Source: Phallusia mammillata
Taxonomy: Eukaryota
Reading direction: 5' to 3'
DNA length: 64,000 nt
Assembly: GCA_965637545.1 (NCBI GenBank)
Contig: OZ281494.1
Coordinates: 35,774,001-35,838,000 of the forward strand
Shown: positions 1 through 11,200 of the stretch, one piece after another
How positions within the stretch are numbered: the first letter of the stretch is position 1
Layout of the letters: each line of letters opens with the position of its first letter
Made by a program: the position numbers and the translations under genes
The notes under the pieces: model-generated
Told to the model about the DNA's origin: nothing
The model's database searches: none
Seen by the model: the letters and a program-made list of their open reading frames with translations, nothing else

Positions 1-79
1 TCGTATTTTTTTCAGTAATTAACAAACCACTTTACTACTCCAGAAACACGTGCAACTATAATATATGTATTTTCGTCAC

Positions 80-2680
80 CTTTCGATACGATCTTTGTGA
101 TTCGGCCAATATGCGACAAACTTGCTCGGTTAATTCCCCGCTCCTTGCTACTAACGTCAGTCCAGAATACGTAATCCTTGTTGTAATCGGCACCGACTGA
201 CACAGCGACACCATGGAGACCCTGTACAGAGAAATTATAAGTTAGTTTGGTTTATTAACACCTAGAAGTTTGACTGTGAGTGTGATTGGTGACATCTGAA
301 TATGTTTGTCCCGGAAACAAAAAACAAGCGCCTAAGACTGGAATAGAACCCACAACCATGTGGACACAATGCAGTTGCTCTTAAATTAATTCCAGGAGTG
401 ATCGAGCTAAAATATATCTATTCAACCAAAACTACACAGGACGTTAGAGCACAATTTTGTTATCTTGTTTGGTAAAATCGGGGTACATACATTCGCTTTT
501 ATGTCTCGCATAGGCTGATGATATTTGCGATTAATTACAGACTTCACTACAATTGGCCTAATTGGCAAAGACACGTCATTTAATAGGGTCGTTCAAGATC
601 GCCCCCGCAGTGATTTCTTCCCAAACACAAATTCGGTTGTTAAAATCCTTGTTCACACAACAACACTACAAAGCGTTTGTTCAAAGAGGTTTTTCGTGAA
701 AGATGTTTTTTTCTTACTTGGATAAAGTTCTTTTTGTATCCATCTCCATTTTTAAGCAAAAACTTTTGAATCTTGTTTGTATCAGCAACAAGCATTTGGG
801 CATCTTCCCCTGAAAAAGCACACAAAAAACTTTCCAAACACGAACATTTGGTTAATTGTGTTTAATAAAACAGGAAACCACAGGTTTTTTATATATTTTG
901 TTTCAAACTTGCTAACTAAATAAATCGACATTACATTTTCAATCAGATTTAAAAGATTAATTGTAACTGTGTTTTTATATCACTTTTTTTCTATCAATTA
1001 AATGGTTTTGGGAAACACACTGGTTGCGACGAAACAAATTAATAATTTTCTCAAATAACATTTTTTATTATCAAGTTCTGATTATCAAGTATCATCTCAA
1101 TCAGGTTTTAATGATATAAATGTTGCAAGTTTGAGTCACTACGATTGCTTATGTGAACGTTTGTATCATATTGCGTGTAAAATTACATGTAACTCTGGTG
1201 TCGTTTACTTTATGTGAAGAACTTGAGATTAGACAAATCCTTATGTTATTAACAAGACGCAACTTGAAATGTGAAACCGCGCGCGACAGCCGTTGGCGAA
1301 TCGGTTACAAAATCCTGTCATAACAAACTCATACAAACTAACTTATATATGAGAGTTTGGCTTATTTTGTTGGATTAGTGGTTCTTAAACGGTCAAACGG
1401 AACGTCCGAAAAAAGGTGGATAAGTATGCAATATTAACAACAGAAGAAAACAAAAAAGTTGATAAGTATGTCGGCTAACATCAAATCCAAAATCCTAAAA
1501 TTTCTTTGACATTTATTTCACGACAAATTTTTCTCATTCATATCTTTGGTGCGTCCCAAAGTTTCAGTTATATAGCGCCCTGAGGTATAGTAAGTGTTAG
1601 ATGATTTTAATCTTACTTGACGTGTTGCATTGAAGTCTTGCTCCAGATTTTGTGATGAAACAAGTACAGCTGTATAAAGTGCTGTCTCCACGAAGTTCAA
1701 CTCTTGCTTGTCCGTGTCGATAAATTTCACCGTTGATTTTACATTGGGCTGCGAATTATAAACATGGTGATTAATGTGCTGTGTTTCATCATAGAGCAAA
1801 AGGATCTAACTTCTATCTGATGCATGATATAAAAACCTAATATGTGCATGCATAAAAAAACAAGCTTCAAAGTTTAAAAGAATACTGCAACAAAACGTTG
1901 CGCGCGTTCTTTATATCACACGTAACTTTATTATCATCTACGGCGCCAGTTTCATATTAAATGTTTTCTGGATATAAAAGTTTTACAAAAAAATCCGATT
2001 TGGTAATTGGTAACGAAAACGATTTCCACATTTTTGAACAACATAATATACTGCAAGGAAATAAACTGTCTAAAATTCTAGGTGTGCAAAAACCTATAAA
2101 CGTGTTACGGACTTCGCATGCGATAGGTTGTGCTCAAGGAACTTTTAAAGTTACGAATAATCAGAATATTTTCAAATGTTGCTTTTTACGTTTGTACTCG
2201 TTCAAACTTAACAAACTAAAAACTTGATGGATGAAAAAATGTTTTAACAAGCAATAAAAAATAATTCAAAAAACGTAACCGCGTGAAAACTCGCTTATTT
2301 TACAAACGTTTAAACGCTTCTGTTATTAACGAATTATGCAGGAAAGGCATGTGGGTTACAAGCGGTCCTGTGGCATCAACTGCGGCATTAACTACAATTA
2401 ACATTAACTTCCAAGGCCGAAGATAATATGACAGAAATATTTATTTCCACGAACACTAAAACACAATCGCTTTATTAATGCTCTCTAACAGTAACAGTTA
2501 TATTCAAAACCAAAGTACTTTTAGCACCGATTTTTCTAGAAGAGTTTTGTGAATTTAAAAATTTAGTCGAAAGTTAAAATACCCAGTCAACTTACTTGGT
2601 ACGCTGTTCACAGTGGAGTAGACGGTGAACCAGACAACAGATATTTTTACAAACAATTTAGCATCAATAAACCTGATCAT
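80..2680 (-). CDS. Secreted or membrane YWTD (LDLR class B) beta-propeller protein, LRP/pro-EGF/nidogen-like. 5' part only; the gene runs off the window start.
   Basis: Phase-consistent exon chain 2680-2596 (hydrophobic leader MIRFIDAKLFVKISVVWFTVYSTVNSVP), 2391-2360, 1805-1617, 1314-1278, 809-718, 221-80, all GT-AG. It encodes 'ARGEDAQMLVADTNKIQKF' and 'AVSVGADYNKDYVFWTDVSSKERGINRASL', a typical first propeller blade with FWTD. The two short exons are the least certain. Confidence 0.7.
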
Positions 2681-4002
2681 GTTCTCAGACGATCATGAGT
2701 TTTAACCCTGATCGACAAATGCTACAGTAAATCTGTAAAACAATCACAATTTCCAAAGTCCATCAATTGATTATTGGTATCTTTAAGTTTGTAAATACTA
2801 AAGCTAAGTCAACTGTCAAACTGCCTGCTCTGTTTCGATAGTTTTATAACATTTTTGCTTAGAAATAAGTCCACATACTTAACTTAAAACTTTAGATTGA
2901 GCATACAACATTATACACCGGCATGTAGATAAAGTCGTTTTCTAAACCTGCTCACAGAAAACCTACTGCAACCCAAGTAGCCTGACGTTTTATTTGAAGA
3001 AACCTCATTATGTAAACACTTTTGGTGGTTTTTTCTAAACACCTCATCCTTCTTCCCGCTTTATACAGGAGTAAATAAAATGAGGCTAAGCTATACACAC
3101 GTATAATTCTTTTCAAAACGTTTCATGACTGCACCTTCTTGGATATTCAAACGCTTAAGTCCAAAGAAACAGCAATGTTTTCAAACAATTGGCATCCAAT
3201 ATATGTTTAAACATGTAATAATAACTGCAACTGCACGAAGCGTATGAACAGACTACTGCGTTAAATCCATTGACGCATAATTTAAAATCCAGCACAAAAA
3301 GCACGTTTGTAAGTAAACAATCGCAGCAAGCTATTGTAACTAACAATCAACAATAGCCAACTAGGCATGTTGTTCTGTAAGTCGGTCAAATCCACAAACT
3401 CCTGACTGCGGTGAAGCTGATAACACGTAGACTGCGAAGTACGTGGACTGGAGGCGATTGACTGAAGCCGATTTTGCCGCAGGGCAAGAAGGCAACAACA
3501 CGCGCGGCAAGTTTTTACAGCTTTCAGAATGTTGACCTGACAAGTTTTGTGAGCGATTGGGATTATGCCACCTGATTGCGTTAAGGGCTCGCACAAAAGT
3601 TTCCACTTTCCACGAATTCGCTGCTCTTGGTTACTGTTTTGGTGAGATTGGATATACTTTCTGTCCACAAAAATTAAAACCCAAGCAACTAACAATTCAG
3701 TGCGGTCCGTTAAAGAAGCTTGACATATTCATATTTCTTCCAAATCGTTCCTTTTGGGGGAAACAGTGATTTTATTAAGTGACTGAAATAAAAATGAACG
3801 AAAGTAAAGTTCAATCCCTCCACCAAGAATATAGAAAGGCATTTTACACGCTATGTTCCGAAAAATGCGATGTTGAACCAACGTCTATTACGCACAGCAA
3901 TACACTAAATAAGAAAGCGATTCTTGCAGCTACCCCTATCACCTACGACATTGATGCATCACTTTGAAACTGGGTGACGTCACATATATTTAGTGACGTT
4001 TC

Positions 4003-6219
4003 TTAGGATTGTTGGGACACAAAGGTGGTTCGCGCCACTTCGTTCAAATTCCACTTCTCAACGAAATTGTCGAATTCGAAATTCATTCTTTTCGTCAACT
4101 TTGGAATTTCGTCTGTCGGGGCCGATTGTTCCAGCAGTATTACGTCATAACGATGCTTTCCGCTTCCTTTCGGTGGACTCGGACCTTCGTAGTCTGGAAA
4201 CAGAATATGAAATGCAACGCAACAAAAACCGTAAAGTAAATGTTTTTGCTTGGATAGATATTGGTTGTCAGAAAAAAATTTGCCAACATAAACACTCTTC
4301 TCCAACGTTAGGATGCATGATTAGCTTCATAAAACGCATTTTAGTAAATATGGACATTGAATTTTTGTCCAATACGTTTTCAACACACTAGTCATACAAC
4401 ACTATCTTGGTTTGAAGTTTTACGCTGCGCAATAGCGTCCTCTAGGCGTAATGTAAAACTAGGTGTCTTATACAAAACATCGGAAAAAGCAAAACAAAGT
4501 TGTTTGTAAAAATATCATTATAATGGGTGGAAAGTATATTAAACCAAGGTTTTGATATATTTCAAGAAAGAAAAACCTTATCAGGATTTGTGCTCGTGGA
4601 AATGAGAAAAAAAGTTACGTAACGCTGAAACGTTATGGGGTGACAAAACAAAGTGAAGGGCTCAATTGGTGGATTATAGTTGAACGCGCTACCGTATTAT
4701 AAAGCGTTAAGTGAAGGACGCTCACCATAGAGTGAGTTTAGTGCACTGTGAGTAGGATCACTACTAGGGCGTTGATGGATCGGTTAAGGTGCTCCTAGAC
4801 AAAGCGTATAAGTTGTCTTACCAACAAACGTTTCACCACTTCCGGTTTTTAAACCATGTATCAACTCTGCTCCAGCAATGTTCGTCACGCCCCAGTGAAT
4901 CCAATGACGAAATATAGGGTTTCTATGTGAAGGCGCATCAGGATCCAGCATCAACAAAGTGTAAAGTTTGTCCTGTGAAATATATGAGGAAACAGAGTGT
5001 AAAGCGGGTCTCGTTTAATAACACACTTTGTGAAGTGCAGATATGAACATCACTATAAATAATAAATTAAACCTTCCAGTTTCAGTGTAAAAAGCTTTCA
5101 ACCGTATACTTCGCTTAGGGCTTTATAATGGTTGGTTGATTAAACCCCACTACCACTTTATTTTTTTCCATAGACCCCATTTATTATACAGAATCACAAG
5201 TTTAAACTCATTACCAACTCGCTAATACAAAGTGAAACTCAATAAGATCACTTGCCTTAAAGACTTAAAATGTTTTCTTTATTGCAAAAACAATTTCATG
5301 CAATATTTGTTTTCTCAATTTTTCGTAATTCATTATTTTCTCGTAATTGGTAACAACGTATAACGACAGACAAACAATTATAAAGAAATTACGAATCCTA
5401 AAATTCAAAAACCTAGTGAAAATATTCTCAAATGAATAAAAACAGCGATTGTGGGAAATTTATGATTGTAGGAAGTTTATAATTACCTTTTAACAGAATT
5501 TTTAGCTCTTCCGGCAGTTTTTTATTGTAATATGCCAACGTTTCGATGTCCCATACGAAACACCTTCATCAGGGTAATGACATACATTGCAAACACAAGT
5601 TATTATAAAGCGAAAAGGGCGGCGAAACACACACAAAAAAGGCGATAGAAATAACGCAGTGCGCACCAATGGTCGTGTGATAATGCCGATAACTTATCGG
5701 TCGCTTTTGCACCATTGAGCCAGGTGTTATCACACGACCATTGGTGCGCACTGCGTTATTTCTATCGCCTTTTTTGTGTGTGTTTCGCCGCCCTTTTCGC
5801 TTTATAATAACTTGTGTTTGCAATGTATGTCATTACCCTGATGAAGGTGTTTCGTATGGGACATCGAAACGTTGGCATATTACAATAAAAAACTGCCGGA
5901 AGAGCTAAAAATTCTGTTAATACGTTATGCCTGGCAGCAACAGTGTATTTATAATTACCTTGTTTGCATTTTTCAACTCCACTTTTGGTTTGCTGGTTTT
6001 GTGTGAGAAAAAATAATCGAAGCCGATTTCCGGGCATTTCCAGGTTGCTGAACAAACACGTTCAACAACATCGTACGCATTTTCACACAATTCCGGCCCT
6101 TCGTCGAAATTAACCAAAAACTTTGCACCGAAACATTGGTCACCAAACAGAGAGATTCTAGCCAAAACTAAATTAGCCAGCAACAAAAATACAACGAGTC
6201 CAATTAAATGCAGCTTCAT
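4003..6219 (-). CDS. PEBP4: Secreted phosphatidylethanolamine-binding protein, PEBP4-like, about 200 aa, 3 exons
   Basis: Exons 6219-5959, 4972-4822, 4193-4003 join in frame (603 nt). Signal peptide [24 protein letters not shown] motifs [18 protein letters not shown] and [15 protein letters not shown]. Family is secure; PEBP4 orthology is inferred from the signal peptide. An alternative ATG lies at 6222. Confidence 0.85.
5490..5919. mobile_element. Penelope-like-element (PLE) terminal-repeat remnant arranged as a long inverted repeat
   Basis: Arms 5490-5683 and 5727-5919 are reverse complements apart from a 1-nt indel in a T/A run; the spacer is 43 nt. The arm carries CCCTGATGAAGG...CGAAACGTTGG followed by AATAAA, the usual 3' end of PLE repeats. 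Confidence 0.75.
5826..5884 (+). ncRNA. Minimal type I hammerhead ribozyme motif (mirror copy on - strand at about 5524-5583)
   Basis: CTGATGA 5838-5844, then an extra A. Stem II GGTGTT/GACATC, GAAA 5866-5869, palindromic stem III ACGT, cleavage triplet GUU 5871-5873. Partial stem I (GG/CC, then CAUA/UAUG). Confidence 0.65.
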
Positions 6220-7141
6220 CATGGCACAGTAACATGTATCTGCTGATTGAATGAAATGTATGATATTCTGAAACATAAGTTTAATAGGCGATCGATAACT
6301 GGACACTCCAGTGTGTAAGAGTACTTCAGTGTTTGTGTAGTGGTGCTTATACAGGTGTTATTATGATTTTGTTGGCGACAATGTCTGCTTTTGTCGCTCC
6401 AAATTTAAAAGGAATGGTGTGAATGAAAGAAAACGTCGTTTTTAATGTTAATAAGAAGCTGTGCTTTGTTTCTTGTTTAACGAAAATACTGAAAAAATCC
6501 AAATCTCTTAGAAACAATTACCTCATTCACGTTAATAAAGGCCCCATCTACGTTTTAGGCCTTTAAATTCTGAATTGCAACTGGTAGAATGTCTGAAACA
6601 GCGGTTGTTGTTACCCACAAAGACTAGTTAAATTATTTTCAGTAAAATAATATAGCGTTTTGCAACACAAAATAAGGTGCGAAAACTGTTTTTCCGTTTT
6701 GTATTGCGACCGTGCATCGGTTAATTCAAAGTGCACAGCGTCAGATTCTGCTTTGCATTTTGCAACCGTTTGTCGGTTCGGTTAAAGAACTGGCGTCAAT
6801 GGCTGTCATTAGAAACCTAAAAGAATAAAAATTAATAAATTAAAATGTAACATTGCTTTACTTTCGTTTGTAAATTTAAACTTAGGGTCTAGTGTACAAT
6901 CGTACGTGCTTAAACTATTTGGGAGTTACTGCGTAGTCTTTTAATGCCTCCCTATTGTTGTTTTTTGAGCATTTTTTTTACGTTCTGAAAGTTGAAAACA
7001 ATCTTTTTCTGATAATTAAAATAATGTTATCACCCTAAGTAACATAACATATAAATGACATCAATATCAAGGATTTTTGCAGTTATTTACGTTTTTGCAC
7101 ATATATGAAGTGCTCAATTTTTCAAATCAGTCTACTATACC

Positions 7142-7390
7142 CCAGTCTGCAGAGTATGGCAGCTGCACGCGCGATTTTTTTTTAATGTTTGCACGCCAAG
7201 TTTTGGGATTTGCACGCGAAAATTTTGCACCAAAGTCATTTAATTGGCCTGTCTTGACCTCTTTTACTTGCTTTGTGCCTTCTGAAATTGTCTTGCACGC
7301 GAACTTACGGGTCGTGCACGCGCGCACTCGGGACATGTAGGTCCTGCACGCGCGAGATCTCGTCGGGAACTGCCATGTTCTGCAGACTGG
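7142..7390. mobile_element. MITE-like element between the divergent PEBP and CRCP genes
   Basis: Terminal inverted repeat CCAGTCTGCAGAgtATGGCAG ... CTGCCATgtTCTGCAGACTGG (19/21). Internal repeated TGCACGC(G) motifs. No clear TSD. Confidence 0.6.
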
Positions 7391-7481
7391 ATTGTAGGGA
7401 TGTTAGAAGTCGACTAAAAGTCATTTTTATTTGTATATTTTTTAGCTTTTAAGCTTAGTTACAAATACTTTGTGCATAAAA

Positions 7482-7886
7482 ATGGAAGTTGAAAACCCAA
7501 ACGCTGCAATGTTGTCCAACTATGAAGTCTTGAAACTTCTCAATGAGTACATTGATGAACAGAAGAAAACTAAACAGACAAGAAGTGACCAAAACTTGTC
7601 GACAATAACTTACGAAACTTTAAAATATCTCAACGAAACTCCAGCTTCTGTACAAAACCAGGACAGTATAGAAACTGCCGTGAAGGCTCTAAGGCCATTT
7701 GGATTAACTAAAGCAGAAAAACTACAGATGATCAATCTCAGACCGACGACCGCTGTGGAAATTTCGCTTATAATTGAAGAAAGTGAGGAAAGAGTCACTG
7801 AGGAACAGATTGATGATATTATCGAAATTATTTCACATCTTCCTGAACTTCCTGCTGAGGAGACTATGGAAGAGGAAGAAAGTTAA
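7482..7886 (+). CDS. CRCP: RNA polymerase III subunit RPC9 / CGRP receptor component, 134 aa, intronless
   Basis: Single ORF with MEVENPNAAMLSNYEVLKLL, TITYETLKYL and LTKAEKLQMINLRPTTAVEISLIIEESEER, all hallmark RPC9 motifs. Confidence 0.93.
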   Translation: MEVENPNAAMLSNYEVLKLLNEYIDEQKKTKQTRSDQNLSTITYETLKYLNETPASVQNQDSIETAVKALRPFGLTKAEKLQMINLRPTTAVEISLIIEESEERVTEEQIDDIIEIISHLPELPAEETMEEEES

Positions 7887-8240
7887 ATAGTTTGGGAGTG
7901 TTTGTGGGAATATTGGCTGTTTGAAGCCAATGAAAAAGACCTAAAATTTGTTTTGCGTTTTTTGTTTATCAATCATATTGTTTTTTCCTCATTGCAAAAT
8001 ATCTAACCCAGTTTGCCTGCCTGCGTTTTCTGGTTTATTTTATTTATCTGTGCAAACAGTTTATTTGATAACATCTCGTGTATTGTGCATTATAACCAAC
8101 ATGTGAGTTACGGTATAAGTTTTTAAATTGCATTTGCCACTCTTGAAACCTAAAATTGAGTAGAAATCTTAACTGTTCAAAGTCAAACTACATTTTTTTT
8201 CCCAAAGTCATAGATAACAGCAGGTACAAGTTGCTCACTG

Positions 8241-11200
8241 ATGAGTGATAGTAATGGTTTAAATGGAATGTACTATGAAGCAACTGATTTGCTTCCGTAC
8301 CGATGTCCCTCATGTGGAAGTGGCAAACGGTTTCGAAGCCTCGTTGCTTTGCGGATGCACATGTCGGTCATCCATACTGAGCCATCACAAAACAACTTAA
8401 GTGGAAGCGGAGATGCTGGTGCTCACCAGGAAAAGGTATCATGCTGCTTGTGGTTGTCAGTTCAAATCTTAATAACCTGATGAAAAAATCCTGCTTAATA
8501 AACTTCCAAAAACGACAGATTTATTTTTAGCTATATCTATGTATTACAGTTGTCTAAGAACTTTACGAATCTTACTTTAATGGATTTTTTTACTAGGACT
8601 ACAATAAAGCATGTCACTTTTTCGTCTATTTCGGCCGTTATTATTACCATTAAATAACACTAAAATAATTCATACATTTTTTGCATTGTTGGTTGCACAA
8701 CAGCAAAACATTTTTTTTGTCTTCAGGACAAATGGGAAGAAATGTTAACGTCTGGAAAATCAGTTGATTCCATGCTTGACAAATATTCTGCAAAAATGGA
8801 CACAATCTTGAACAAATATGACAGGTATATAATTTAAATGGTTATGCACAAGCAAAAAAAACCAGGACCTTAGAGCAGAAAAACTGTGTGACAAACATGA
8901 TTTTGAAACATTACACTATTTAAACAAATATGGCATGTATGTAATTAAATTGGTTATGTTATGCTATCAAGCAAAAATAACCCAGGTCCTTAAACAACCA
9001 AAAAACCTGTGTTATAAAGATGTTTTTTACAAGGGAATCGCAAGAATTGGAAAATAAAGTGAGGATTGCTAAGCAGCTTGAAGAAATTCGTAAACAAAAG
9101 AAGGAACTAAAGAAGATGAGTGTTTCATGGAAAGCAACCCACGATATGTCGCAACTTATACAAGACACTGACCACTTGATCCAACGAAGGTTTGTTTATT
9201 GCTTTGAAAAATACTTCAAGAGTAAAGCCAAAATGTATGACCGTATGGTTATGGGGGATGTTTCCAGGATATCCACAGCAGATCCTTATTTTACCAACAG
9301 CCGCGAATTACCTGCTTGATTGTGTTTTAAAATTACTGATGTAAACAAATACTTTTGTACATATACCATCTCATAACACCCCAAAAGCCCAGATTAATTT
9401 CTAGCACAGACAATGGGCATACAAAAAGTCTGACAAATTTGGCTACTAGGCTTGCAATACTCTTTTTAATACCACAAACACTGTTTAGAGCAGTATAAAA
9501 ATTTATATTTTAGCAAAAGAGTTTTATTTATGTCACAGCCGCCAGTGCATATATTTTAATAAACATGTTCATGGCCGCACAAACTCGTCAGTGTGGCTGT
9601 ACGACACCCCTGGTTTAGCTCATAAATTAAACATGGCCGCTGGTTTTTATGCACATACAGTTGCTTGATGATTACCAGAAGTATGTTTTAGTTTGTATTT
9701 CTACTAATTTATTGCATTCATTTACATTCACTTTGTTTATAATTTCGATAAGATTGGTTTAGACATCATGTACAGGTTTGCTCGTGAACCTAATCATGAA
9801 AATAACAGCCCAATTACACATATAAAGCAACATTCTTTGCTGCTCAGATGTTTCGATGGTTTTAGTTTTTGATGTTTGCAATTTTCTTGTGTTATCAGGG
9901 TGGGTGATGGTGAACAGCATAATCCAGTTGAAAGCAAAACTTATGCTGCATTGGGAAATGAGAAGAACGGTGAGACAGAGTTGCAGAGACAAGTGGAACT
10001 AAGCATTGAGCTTGCTGCAAAATACAAATCAATGGCACTTGAAGCTGAAAACAAATTAAAGGAGAAAGAAATGTAAGTGAAAAAATACTGTTTTATAAAA
10101 ACAGCCCTAAATAAAAATTTTATCTTTCTTTCACATTGTAACGATACTAAAAGATAATTTGTAATTAGCTTTTACTTACTACTGGCCCAATTTGTTTACC
10201 TAACTTCTTTCAGATCAAAATTGGACTGGCTCAAGCTTAATTCTCTATAAAATTGTGTGTATATAATTTTTTGGCACATCAGTGCAAATGCACATTGGCA
10301 TACTTGCAGTTTTGCTAAATCCCATTAAAGAATACACCATATACAATCTCAGTGCAAAAATCATTTAGTCTAAATGTTTTCTTTTCCAGTGAGGAAAAGC
10401 ACATGAAGCAATACATCACCCATGTTGCGAAGAAAGAAAAAGTGGCAAGACAGCAACTTGCAGGATTTATGGAGGAAATACTGGAGAGAGCAGAATATGC
10501 CGAAGAAGAATTGGAAGTAAGTAACATTTATGCGACACAACTGTGCTTTCATTAGTGCAGAAATGTGCAACCTTTGTATGTATGTTGCCCAGAAAATGTT
10601 TTCGCGAGCCCTGGTTACTAATTTCACTGGCAAATTTATCCATTTATCATGGATATGTAGTTAGATAAAGCTTTCTCCAAAACAGTTTATTTGACATTGA
10701 TTTTTTACGTTTTTTTTTGTTTTTTTTTATTCCTGGTAGACATGCATTGATTAACTGACTCCGTTAGAATTACATCAATGCCACCGTCAAGCTGCCTGTT
10801 TCATTGCATATTCAAACATATTTTTTGTTTGATTTATTCACCTTTAAAGGTGACATAAATTAAGTTTAACCAAATAAGGCAGTTTTGTATTCACTGAAGG
10901 AAGTTTTACAGTCAGTTTGAACACACAAGTAAAGTAAAGAAATTCTTTCTCACGGTTTAACCACAAAAACATGTTTTCACCAACCTCACGAACCGTTGTG
11001 TGATGTGGCAAGTCAAATCAAAACACAAGCCTGTTTTTTCACCCATCATAACAATACAACAGCCACAGCTCTGGGAATAAATGATAACAATGGGGATTTG
11101 AATTCCATAGTATGTGGTTTGTTGGCTGGCTCTAACAAAAATATTTATATTGACCTGCAAACCTGGATAACAAAAAATACAATCAAAGTCAAACATCCAC

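Noticed and set aside
3155-3769. Overlapping ORFs (137, 81, 70 aa) in a locally GC-richer patch
   Set aside because: No recognisable motif in any frame and no splice chain linking them to PEBP or the YWTD gene. Probably UTR or TE debris.
5569-6055. ORFs of 84 and 97 aa on the - strand
   Set aside because: They are read-throughs of the palindrome arms and of another frame of PEBP exon 1.
8476-8500. Other CTGATGA occurrences (about 515, 8478, 47040, 47258) as hammerhead cores
   Set aside because: None is followed by a stem II and GAAA-stem III-NUH arrangement.
10214-10254. Possible extra FBXO41 exon after TTCTTTCAG
   Set aside because: It has an in-frame stop, and exons 4 and 5 already join into an uninterrupted coiled coil.
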